From a virus (Duplodnaviria; Caudoviricetes), in IMG/VR virus record IMGVR_UViG_3300032269_000479, positions 1 to 50,174 of that record: a stretch of 50,174 nt of DNA. One strand, given 5' to 3'. Shown piece after piece: positions 9,794 through 17,793 of the stretch. The notes under the pieces were generated by a model. It had not been told where the DNA came from, did not search any database, and was given only the letters and a program-made list of their open reading frames with translations. Position 1 is the first letter of the stretch. Each line of letters begins with the position of its first letter. Position numbers and translations under genes: made by a program.

Positions 9794-10177
9794 TTACCTT
9801 CCAAGTTTGCCCATTACCGAGGCTGTAATACGCGATCCAAAGAGGAAACCAAAGGCAATATTAGCGGCTTCCAGAACGACAAGCTTTACTTCTACAGGAA
9901 CTTCAGGAACAAATGAAGCCCCGACACCAACAAAAATAACAGTGAGAGAGCCAACATAACGTGCAGAAGCACGAAGATCAACAACCCACTGACTAGGGGT
10001 GCCTCCTGGAGTGTCAAGAGAAGCAAGTGCCTGTAGGCGTTTAACCTCGGAGTCATCCAGTTTAATTTGATCATCAACAGTTAAAGCCTTTACACCATTT
10101 AATTTACTTGCAATTGCTGCCTTTCCGGTCTCAATAACAGCCGGAAGAAGAGCAGACAGTATTGTTGCCCAAATCAT
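9794..10177 (-). CDS. Holin-like protein (GTA 3-TM holin-like)
   Basis: Hydrophobic N-terminus, SQWVVDLRASAR, two further TM segments, FGFLFGSR tail. Confidence 0.65.
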   Translation of the reverse strand: MIWATILSALLPAVIETGKAAIASKLNGVKALTVDDQIKLDDSEVKRLQALASLDTPGGTPSQWVVDLRASARYVGSLTVIFVGVGASFVPEVPVEVKLVVLEAANIAFGFLFGSRITASVMGKLGR

Positions 10178-10189
10178 ATATCTTATCCT

Positions 10190-10648
10190 TTAAAAGGGAG
10201 GATCATCGGGGCTGAAATATGTTACACTTACATTCTTTAAAACTGAAAGAAGTGAATCCAACCCAAAACAAACATTATCTGCAAACTGATACATTACATC
10301 ATATCTGTCGGGAACCTCTTCAAACATGATAAAACAGGGCTTCCCAAGACCGCGTAAATAACCCAGCTCTAAATGCCCACTCTTCCCCGCAGGTAAAGCA
10401 AGAACCCCAATGTCACAGCGGTCTAAGTGGAACTTGTCAAATTCAAACACATGGCGCGCGGCGTAGCCATCAAGAGCTTGAGAGTAGTCGTGACCCCGTT
10501 CAGTTTCATACTTCTGCCAGTAGTCGTCTGCTTCAGGGCCAGCAGCAAACCAATCGTCAAAGACTTCAAAACCAACTTTCCGAATCTCCTGTGCAATCTT
10601 AGGAATGTTGGGGTTACGTAAAGACCCAATCAAGTAGACTCTATTAAT
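10190..10648 (-). CDS. Nucleoside 2-deoxyribosyltransferase-like protein
   Basis: VYLIGS...D..HLDRCD..VL.LPAGKSGHLELGY..GLGKP. Start uncertain: ATT at 10648 or TTG at 10696. Confidence 0.8.
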   Translation of the reverse strand: MNRVYLIGSLRNPNIPKIAQEIRKVGFEVFDDWFAAGPEADDYWQKYETERGHDYSQALDGYAARHVFEFDKFHLDRCDIGVLALPAGKSGHLELGYLRGLGKPCFIMFEEVPDRYDVMYQFADNVCFGLDSLLSVLKNVSVTYFSPDDPPF

Positions 10649-10898
10649 AGTTTTTCTCCAGAATGTCTTTGGCAACCTCACCAACTTCTTCAACAATAAT
10701 GGTTAGCCACTTTTCAGGTTTATGGTTTTGAGGTCCCCATTTGGTTTCTTGTTTTACTCTTTCTGCAAGAACCTCATTGGTTAGTTTTATTGCGTATTCA
10801 TACCCGCGATGCTCCAAAGTAGTAGTTTTAGTATCAAAACTCTGGACAGCAGCTAGGCAGGCAGCAGCAGTTTGAATTAGTTCTGATCGGTAGGTCAT
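10644..10898 (-). CDS. MazG-like nucleotide pyrophosphohydrolase, circularly permuted
   Basis: ERVKQETKWGPQNH...W..IIVEEVGEVAK at the C-terminus and RSELIQTAA at the N-terminus. Confidence 0.75.
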   Translation of the reverse strand: MTYRSELIQTAAACLAAVQSFDTKTTTLEHRGYEYAIKLTNEVLAERVKQETKWGPQNHKPEKWLTIIVEEVGEVAKDILEKNY

Positions 10899-11332
10899 AT
10901 TAAATCTATCCTTACACCACTTTCAAGAAACATCTCAAAAGAAAGTTTGAAGTTGTCAGCCCATCGCTCCGAGGAAGAAACAGGAGCCACCACTCGACTG
11001 ATACCGGATTGAATAATCATTCCAGCACATACAGAGCAAGGCATAAAAGGCCACGTGTAAATGGTGCAGCCTTTTAAGGACTCTGTTGAGAACAGAAGAG
11101 CGTTTCTTTCTGCGTGAACAATGAGCTGATACTTTAACTCTCGGTCATGGAGCCGCTCGTAAGTATCTACCATACCTACGGGCAGCCCATTAAAGCCAAG
11201 ACTGACAACACGGATTTCATCGGCAATCACAGCACCTACCTTCGTGCTTGGATCTTTAGACCAGCGAGATACGTGCTCTGCAAGGTCGATGAATCGTGTG
11301 TCCCAAGTCTCTGCCTTTTTACCGACTAGCAT
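10895..11332 (-). CDS. dCMP deaminase
   Basis: SKDPSTKVGAVI, HAERNA and PCSVC zinc motifs. Confidence 0.93.
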   Translation of the reverse strand: MLVGKKAETWDTRFIDLAEHVSRWSKDPSTKVGAVIADEIRVVSLGFNGLPVGMVDTYERLHDRELKYQLIVHAERNALLFSTESLKGCTIYTWPFMPCSVCAGMIIQSGISRVVAPVSSSERWADNFKLSFEMFLESGVRIDLI

Positions 11333-11961
11333 TGACCATTAATGCAAGATTGATAATGGCCGCTCCCACATATACCCACATCATGGGCACATTCGGCAAC
11401 TGGCGGAGCCCAATAATAAGATTCGAAACGACCAGGTTTAAAAGCAAAAGCTGATCTAGGAGTAGAGTCATTTGTAATACGAGCCGCTTTTGCAGGAAAA
11501 ACATCTTTAAGTTTTGCAACAGCAGCGTTCATTTCCTCGGTTAGACGCCCGATATCGCTTTTTGGAGGGCGGTCATCGTTAAGATTCCCATGCACATGGC
11601 TGTCAATAAGCACCCCGATACAAGCGAGAGCACTAGCAAGGTGAGGAACCCCTGTATCTGGGTCGCTGTCTTCTCCATTATACCACTTAGCCAAGTGCCG
11701 ACGACAAGCAGACACATAGACACTAGCGTTAACCCCAGCCAGCCGATAATTATATCCACCATACTTTTGATCCCCTTCTGTCATAGCCAGAGCACCATAA
11801 AAAACAGCGGTGTCTGGGAAAAGCGTAAGGTCAATGCGGTTAGTTGCCGCCGCATCTTTTGGGTTGCTAGGCTTATTAGCATCCCCCGCCCGTGGGTCTG
11901 TAACACCCCCGTTACAGTAAATGGATTTCATTGTTTCCGGTCCAATTTCAAGTTTATACAT
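11326..11961 (-). CDS. dATP/dGTP diphosphohydrolase-like (DUF5664) protein
   Basis: NPKD...G..KYG..NYR...Y..A..RHL..W..GED.DPDTGVPHLA.A. Confidence 0.82.
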   Translation of the reverse strand: MYKLEIGPETMKSIYCNGGVTDPRAGDANKPSNPKDAAATNRIDLTLFPDTAVFYGALAMTEGDQKYGGYNYRLAGVNASVYVSACRRHLAKWYNGEDSDPDTGVPHLASALACIGVLIDSHVHGNLNDDRPPKSDIGRLTEEMNAAVAKLKDVFPAKAARITNDSTPRSAFAFKPGRFESYYWAPPVAECAHDVGICGSGHYQSCINGQC

Positions 11962-11966
11962 ATAAT

Positions 11967-12710
11967 TTAACCAAATTTCCTTTTTAGATAAGACATACTG
12001 ACAGGCATCTCGTCAAAAGAACCGTTGTTGACTTCGTGAAGAACCCAAAGACCACGCCAGTGTTTGTTGCCTTGCCATTTGAGATATTCTTCATCGTGTT
12101 GATAGAAACCACCAACAAAAATACTGGTCATCTGGGCACCATCGGCTCGGGTAGCATAAGCTATTTGCCGACCTTGGACGTGGCCCATAACAGCAGACAT
12201 GTGACGCTTTGCCAGCAGAGCCGAAGCAGAAGTGACAGGCTTTCCCATAACACCACTAGTAAAATAATGACAATAAGCCACACCGTCAGCCACAACAGGT
12301 TCAAGAAATGGAAAAACTCGCCAGCCAAATTTCTCATATCCCAAATCTTGGATGCTAAGAATGCCCTCAAGTTTTGGATCTTTGCTGACAGCGCGGTCAA
12401 TTCGATCTTCATGGTTACCTAAAGTAAGGATTAACTGGGGTTTGTAGCCTTTTGTTCGAGCAATGGGCTCCATGAGAAGCTCCATGCCCCGCTGTGCGGC
12501 TTCAATGTCGGACTTATAACGACGGCCTTCAAACTCCTTTCGGCCAACATCATAAGAACTAAGGCTAGGCATATCAGCAAAGTCACCAATACAAACAACT
12601 GTGTCAGGCTGTTTCTCTGCGATATACTTACCAGCCCAAGTGAGGTGGCCGTAAGGAACACCAGACTTGAACTGCACGTCAGGAATCACAATGTGTTTTT
12701 TATTTGCCAT
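11967..12710 (-). CDS. Calcineurin-like metallophosphoesterase
   Basis: PDVQ, IGDFAD, GNHEDR, HYF and MGHVQ motifs; ATG at 12710 with AAGGA SD. Confidence 0.88.
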   Translation of the reverse strand: MANKKHIVIPDVQFKSGVPYGHLTWAGKYIAEKQPDTVVCIGDFADMPSLSSYDVGRKEFEGRRYKSDIEAAQRGMELLMEPIARTKGYKPQLILTLGNHEDRIDRAVSKDPKLEGILSIQDLGYEKFGWRVFPFLEPVVADGVAYCHYFTSGVMGKPVTSASALLAKRHMSAVMGHVQGRQIAYATRADGAQMTSIFVGGFYQHDEEYLKWQGNKHWRGLWVLHEVNNGSFDEMPVSMSYLKRKFG

Positions 12711-13110
12711 TTGATTCCTTAGTAGAATACCACTTTTTAGGGATGGGATCGCGGATGTGACACCACTCAAATCCGTGTTTTGTTGCCCAATCACCATAAG
12801 TGGTTTTTGATTTTTTAGTTATGGTTAACTCCGGTCGTTGGAAAACAAGATAAATTGTAACTTCGGGATACTGCTCTTTAAAAGAAAGCAATCGGCTTCT
12901 GTTTGAAGGAGCAAAATATCCTTTGGTTTCGATAAAAACGTTCTCTCTAAGTTTAAAGTCAGGGGTATAGTGAGAGACTATTGTGTATTGAAATTTGTCG
13001 GGCTCGTAAACAACTTTAAAGCCCTCTCTTTTTGACTTTACTACAAGGGTTTCTTCAAGTCCTGATTTATATAACGACCTCTTTTTTTTCAACCGCTTTC
13101 GTGAGATCAA
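12700..13110 (-). CDS. Endonuclease I-like Holliday junction resolvase (T7 gp3-like)
   Basis: YKSGLEE...YTPDF...IETKG...TTYGDWA.KHGF. Confidence 0.9.
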   Translation of the reverse strand: MISRKRLKKKRSLYKSGLEETLVVKSKREGFKVVYEPDKFQYTIVSHYTPDFKLRENVFIETKGYFAPSNRSRLLSFKEQYPEVTIYLVFQRPELTITKKSKTTYGDWATKHGFEWCHIRDPIPKKWYSTKESNGK

Positions 13111-13279
13111 GTGCAGACACTCCTAGGTGAGTCTTCCTGCCGTCTGCAAACCAAGCACAAATCATCCAAGTGTCTCCATCATATTGATAAGCACCGTGAA
13201 TCGGCTGTGTTCCTCCGGCTTTTGTTGTGTAAATCCTTACTGTGATTCCTGTATCTGTTTTTGTTGTGGGATACTCCAA
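13067..13279 (-). CDS. Hypothetical protein
   Basis: 70-aa ORF (VRIY...PIHGA...W..DG) with GAGG SD, filling the gap between the exonuclease and endonuclease genes. Confidence 0.65.
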   Translation of the reverse strand: MEYPTTKTDTGITVRIYTTKAGGTQPIHGAYQYDGDTWMICAWFADGRKTHLGVSALDLTKAVEKKEVVI

Positions 13280-14022
13280 ACCTCATTCTCCTGTGTTCTT
13301 ATTTTTAGACAGATACCATTTACAAGGATTTGGTTTTCGACAAACTGAATCTGCTCCTCATTTAGTTCTTTTACGCTGTAGATGTATCTGGCGTAGGAAT
13401 AGAGGTAGCAACGTCTAACGCTGTCAATATAATCCCCTTCGGTAGAGAGGCCTTCCAATGCCTTACTAGCTCTACTAGGGCCAACCTTTGGGCATCCTTG
13501 TATGTTATCTGAAGTGTCACCCGTAAGAAGTTGTTGGTAGAAGTAGCGGAGGCCTTGTTCGGGAGAGACATAATCTTTTTCCTTTTTTACAAAGTTGTAA
13601 TGGTTTCCTGGGACTTGCTTGAGGTCTTTGTCAATGGTGCAGATAACACTACCATCGTCACCATACTCTGGATTTTCCAAGTATCCGTTGTAGATGGTCT
13701 GCTCAATTCCCAGCGCATCATCAGCTTCTTGTTTTTTCGTAACCAACGCGCTCCAAGACGAAATGGCGTGTTCTTTAAGTAGATCATAGTGCTTTGGCCT
13801 TGGTTGTGTTCTATTTGCTTTGTAAGCAGGGTAGAACGTAGTCCTAAAGTTGTTTTTAGTGGAGTCTGAAAGATAGAGTTTGTATTCTGTTGCGTTTGTT
13901 TCGTCAAGAATACTTTCAACCATCTCGTCAAACCGAGACCGCGGGATGAACTCCTCAGTCTCGTTCTCAGTTGTGAACCCTACGCGGTAGACAAGAACGT
14001 CAGCATCAATTAAGGCAATCAC
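13237..14022 (-). CDS. 5'-3' exonuclease (T7 gp6 / FEN-like)
   Basis: ALIDAD, NFR, YKANR, EADD, DKDL and GDTSDNIQG motifs. Confidence 0.93.
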   Translation of the reverse strand: MIALIDADVLVYRVGFTTENETEEFIPRSRFDEMVESILDETNATEYKLYLSDSTKNNFRTTFYPAYKANRTQPRPKHYDLLKEHAISSWSALVTKKQEADDALGIEQTIYNGYLENPEYGDDGSVICTIDKDLKQVPGNHYNFVKKEKDYVSPEQGLRYFYQQLLTGDTSDNIQGCPKVGPSRASKALEGLSTEGDYIDSVRRCYLYSYARYIYSVKELNEEQIQFVENQILVNGICLKIRTQENEVWSIPQQKQIQESQ

Positions 14023-14160
14023 TATACGTCCTTCCTAACTCCTCTACTTTTAAGACGTGATCTCCTTCATTGTGAAGAAACCAACGCAACTCCTGCTCAG
14101 CGTTAAATTCCTTTGTAATGGAGGTATTGTCCGTATAATAAATACGAACTCTAAGAGGGT
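14006..14160 (-). CDS. Hypothetical protein (start uncertain)
   Basis: The 3' part of ORF 14006-14284 fills the gap between neighbouring genes. Confidence 0.4.
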
Positions 14161-14339
14161 TGGTGCGGAGGAACTTCTGCAAGTTTCCATCCTTTATTTT
14201 TACAATAGGAAGTGATGAAACTAAGAGGCTTGTCTTTAAGCCACCGAATGATTGGGGCAGCTTCCCAACAAACGTCCTTAGCATCTACACAGAACCCCGC
14301 AGTAAAGCGGGGAGATACAATTTGATAGAGGTTAGGCAT
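14151..14339 (-). CDS. Hypothetical protein
   Basis: 62 aa, F.AG....V.EAAPII.W, GGAG SD. Confidence 0.65.
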   Translation of the reverse strand: MPNLYQIVSPRFTAGFCVDAKDVCWEAAPIIRWLKDKPLSFITSYCKNKGWKLAEVPPHQPS

Positions 14340-14347
14340 ATCGTCAA

Positions 14348-14878
14348 TTACTCCGGAAGATCGCTCTGGATGTCGCTAACATCTTGAGCTTTGTTGAAAA
14401 CATAAGCGTAGAACTTGTCGGCTACTACAAGAACAGCTTCGGGAGAAGCCTCACCTGCAGGAAAACAACTTATCGCGGCACTGATACTTGACTGTGCGAT
14501 AATATACTTCTGTTTCAACGCACGTTCAGCGGGGGTTTCATAGTTGGAACCGAGCACTTTACCGGTAGCAGCTGGGGCAGGAGCGCGATATGAACTTTCC
14601 GAGGACGTGGACGGGGCGGGAGGGGCTTCTGAACCATCACCAACCGCAAGCCACTGCCAGAAGCCATTCACTTTCTCCGTAGTGACAGTGTAACTTTTAC
14701 CTTTTTCAAGACCCAAGAGAGAGGGATAAATGTTTTTGTTAGCCCAGTCTGGAAACGACTTGGCTTCAACTTTACCATCTTTGCGATAAACAACGTTTGC
14801 GGCATTGAAGACACCACCTTTGCTGTTCTTTTTGTTCTTTTCTTCGGTGACTTCAACGACTTCGATATTAAATTGCAT
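14348..14878 (-). CDS. Putative single-stranded DNA-binding protein
   Basis: OB-like beta N-terminus, Pro/Ser linker and acidic SDLPE tail, within the replication module. Confidence 0.55.
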   Translation of the reverse strand: MQFNIEVVEVTEEKNKKNSKGGVFNAANVVYRKDGKVEAKSFPDWANKNIYPSLLGLEKGKSYTVTTEKVNGFWQWLAVGDGSEAPPAPSTSSESSYRAPAPAATGKVLGSNYETPAERALKQKYIIAQSSISAAISCFPAGEASPEAVLVVADKFYAYVFNKAQDVSDIQSDLPE

Positions 14879-15005
14879 CTTGTTTTACTTCCTCTTGAGT
14901 GGGTTGTGGTAGTTTTTTGTTCTTGTAATACTGTCGGCTGTATTCTTTTAGCTTCTCTTTGTTTTTCTGGTAGTAAGCTTTTGCATACTCTTTCTTGTCA
15001 AGCAT
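14868..15005 (-). CDS. Small basic protein (45 aa), not in the ORF track
   Basis: MLDKKEYAKAYYQKNKEKLKEYSRQYYKNKK...; overlaps both neighbours by a few nt. Confidence 0.55.
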   Translation of the reverse strand: MLDKKEYAKAYYQKNKEKLKEYSRQYYKNKKLPQPTQEEVKQDAI

Positions 15006-15795
15006 AGAGTTTCTTCCAGTCCTCATTAAAAGTAGCGGGATTAAACTTCATCATTTCAGGTTCAAAAAGAGACCATCCAATCTTCACTTCTCCTGCCATT
15101 GGAACGTTTAGCTCTTTTCCGTAGTGTGCTTTGAAAAGCATGGGAATGTCAGCGAAAGCTTTTTCTAACATTATGCTAATATTATAACACATTTCCGGAT
15201 CATTTGCAACATCAAATTGAATATCATCGTGGACTGTGTTGATAGGCAAAGCAAGTTGACCGTAGTTTAACTTCGGAAGCCGGTGTCGAACTAGCAGTCG
15301 GGCAAGCATAATCAAATCAGCACTGAACCCCTGAACAATGTGGTTTAGAATCTGTGTTCGGGGCCAATCTTTAGTTCCGTTCCACTTGGAAACTGGAGAA
15401 TAAAGGTAAAATCTCCCACTTGGAGATTCAATCTTTCCTGTTTCGATAGCTCGTCGAATAAGACCAATGGAATGCTCATAGACGCCGGAGTATTTTTCAA
15501 AGAACCGTGCCATGACATTCTCCCAGAACTTAGGGGACGTGCTAGTTTGCATGAAATCGGAGTCGTTAGCGTAAGCAAACGCTGGTCCGGCAAAACCTTG
15601 CTCTCCAAAGGCATCTGCAAAGATGGCGCGATAGAGGAAGATTTTGGCGATAGTTCGTGTTGGCAGTCCAAAGACTTTTTGGTTGTCCTCATGGATCGGG
15701 TATCCTTCCTGTATTTCTCGTATGCCTACCGTGTCCTGCGCTAAAAGAACCTTTACTCGCCATTCAAGCTGACTCGCATCGGCTTTGATGATCAT
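14998..15795 (-). CDS. DNA polymerase family A, C-terminal catalytic part
   Basis: Motif A KADASQLEWR, motif B RTIAKIFLY, motif C NTVHDDI. Confidence 0.92.
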   Translation of the reverse strand: MIIKADASQLEWRVKVLLAQDTVGIREIQEGYPIHEDNQKVFGLPTRTIAKIFLYRAIFADAFGEQGFAGPAFAYANDSDFMQTSTSPKFWENVMARFFEKYSGVYEHSIGLIRRAIETGKIESPSGRFYLYSPVSKWNGTKDWPRTQILNHIVQGFSADLIMLARLLVRHRLPKLNYGQLALPINTVHDDIQFDVANDPEMCYNISIMLEKAFADIPMLFKAHYGKELNVPMAGEVKIGWSLFEPEMMKFNPATFNEDWKKLYA

Positions 15796-15998
15796 TAGCG
15801 CCGAGCGCCGAAAGCATTAAAATAGCCATCTAGAGCCCACCAGACTTCCTCTGGGGCGTTTGCCATGACTTCATCCACCCCTCGTTGGGCAATCAGTTCA
15901 GCAAAAGCGTTAAGTGTAAACCTCAAGTGCTGCTCTCGCTCTGATTGAATCAGGGATTGGTATTTTACTACGTCCGTGGAAACCGCGTCTGTATGCAC
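15795..15998 (-). CDS. Hypothetical protein between the two polymerase halves
   Basis: 67-aa ORF; its stop overlaps the next ATG (TAATG). Confidence 0.6.
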   Translation of the reverse strand: MHTDAVSTDVVKYQSLIQSEREQHLRFTLNAFAELIAQRGVDEVMANAPEEVWWALDGYFNAFGARR

Positions 15999-17140
15999 TT
16001 TCGAATCTCCTCGTCGAAGTTTTGCTGGTTTGGCTTGCTGCTTGCCAGCCGCCCCGTTTTTGCGACTGCGTGGTTTAGCTGTCCGTGAATTTTGTTTTGT
16101 GTCCAGTCCATCACCTCGTATAGTTTGGGAAGCCCGTGAAAATAACGGGTAACTTTTGTGTCAAGTTTACTGCGTTCAAGAATAAGATCAATAATCTCAC
16201 GAATCTTTCGATTTGCTTTTAGTCTTTTTAGAACTCCCTCACTTGTTTGAAAAAACCCTTGTTTTGCTGTGGCTGTGTTTTTAAGAGGCTCTACAAGTCG
16301 CGGAAAGGTGACCTCGCGCCTAATTTTGCGCGTTTTCTCCGCAGTTCGCCCACTCTTGTAGACAAAGGTATACGTTTCCTTGTCATCGACGAGAACAGTT
16401 CCGCCATACAGCACAGCACTAATCCAATCGCCACTATTCCAATTGATATCAGAAACCCCAGCAAACGCATTAAGCTTTGCATCAATTGCTTTAATGTCTT
16501 CAAGGCAAGCGTCTCCTAGTTCTTTTGAAAGGGCAAGGTTAAAGTGAAGTCCGTTCCATTCCATCTCACTTGTGAGCAGCAAGTCTTGACAGGCGTTCCA
16601 GCATAGGCGCTGCAAAGCTGGGCGAGACTCAAGGTAAGCTTTTTGCCACAAAAACAAGTCCCACTCAGCGCGACAATCTCCTTCCAAGTATGAGAGTATT
16701 TCTCCTTGAGGAATTTCAGGGGTATCAATTCCATTACTCCAGTATTTTTCCGCCAGATCGTCCGTTTTACCTGCCATTCCAGCTCTATGACACGCTCCAT
16801 TAAGAGATGGCATTGCTTCTGACTGACCACTAATGATAAAGTCAACCAGCTGCAAATCCCAACAAAACATATGAGAAACATCAATTCCATAGCGTCGGCA
16901 CCACCCTAAATCAAACTTAGCGTTAAAAGCGATAAAAAGATCATGGCGGCGAAGTGAGCTGTTAAGAAGATCAATAATAGCGCCATAGGGTCTAATTTCG
17001 TGCGTGTCCACATCAACCATCGAAACAGTGCTGCCGTCAAAAGCACCAAAATAACAAAGTCGATTACGGTTGGCATAAGGATTCCCATGCTGGAAGACTG
17101 TGGTTTCTACATCGACAACAACGGGGGATTTATAAAACAC
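15968..17140 (-). CDS. DNA polymerase family A, N-terminal part (3'-5' exonuclease and thumb)
   Basis: DVETT, FNAKFD, Y...D exonuclease motifs and TGRLASSKPNQQN. Confidence 0.92.
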   Translation of the reverse strand: MFYKSPVVVDVETTVFQHGNPYANRNRLCYFGAFDGSTVSMVDVDTHEIRPYGAIIDLLNSSLRRHDLFIAFNAKFDLGWCRRYGIDVSHMFCWDLQLVDFIISGQSEAMPSLNGACHRAGMAGKTDDLAEKYWSNGIDTPEIPQGEILSYLEGDCRAEWDLFLWQKAYLESRPALQRLCWNACQDLLLTSEMEWNGLHFNLALSKELGDACLEDIKAIDAKLNAFAGVSDINWNSGDWISAVLYGGTVLVDDKETYTFVYKSGRTAEKTRKIRREVTFPRLVEPLKNTATAKQGFFQTSEGVLKRLKANRKIREIIDLILERSKLDTKVTRYFHGLPKLYEVMDWTQNKIHGQLNHAVAKTGRLASSKPNQQNFDEEIRKCIQTRFPRT

Positions 17141-17793
17141 GGTTCAACATCATCTATCTCCATTTCAAGAAACGAATGATCTCCAGGTTCGAGACAATCA
17201 ATACAGTAAGCATTTTCTTTTTGCCGTATTCCTTTTCCGTGGCTATGTCCAAACACCTGTATCAGTTCCGGAATTGGTTTAAACTCACGTTCAAAATCAC
17301 ACCAGAAAATACCTCCGTAATAGTTGGGCCCGCCGCGAGCTTGTCCAATCCAATGCAAAGGGCTCTCAATACGGGGCCACCACGCTGCAAACTTCTCCTG
17401 TATGTTCTCAAGAGTCACGTCTTCATTATCCCAAAGGTCTTTTGTAAAACCTGCATGGGAAACAAGAAAGCTGTCACCTAGAAACAAATAAGGTTTAAAG
17501 AGAGCGTTAATTCTTTCTTTGTGACTGTCAATAACCTTGTGTCTGTGGTAGTTATACCCCGAACAGCGGTGTTTTGGACGTAGATACGAAAGCTCGTGGT
17601 TTCCATAAACACACTCCGCTTTTCCTTTCTCAATGGCATCAAGAACCAACTCAAAACAAGTGCTGTGGTCTTGATGGCTCCGAGTAAAACTGTCTTGTAA
17701 ATCCCCTACAAAAATAATTTTACCTTCTCTTTGAAGGGCCTTTTGGATAATCTCTACTTGTCCGTGAATATCACCTACAAAGGTGTATTTCAA
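17107..17793 (-). CDS. Metallophosphoesterase (Ser/Thr phosphatase-like)
   Basis: GDIHG, GDLQD, GNHE, SHAG and QVFGHS motifs. Confidence 0.88.
   Translation of the reverse strand: MKYTFVGDIHGQVEIIQKALQREGKIIFVGDLQDSFTRSHQDHSTCFELVLDAIEKGKAECVYGNHELSYLRPKHRCSGYNYHRHKVIDSHKERINALFKPYLFLGDSFLVSHAGFTKDLWDNEDVTLENIQEKFAAWWPRIESPLHWIGQARGGPNYYGGIFWCDFEREFKPIPELIQVFGHSHGKGIRQKENAYCIDCLEPGDHSFLEMEIDDVEPCFINPPLLSM

Noticed and set aside
10190-12710. Z-base (2-aminoadenine) or 7-deazaguanine modification system
   Set aside because: No PurZ, DpdA or Que-family genes were recognised in the window.
15795-15968. Group I intron or intein splitting the polymerase
   Set aside because: The gap is only ~170 nt, fully occupied by a coupled ORF, and I recognised no intron core or intein motifs.
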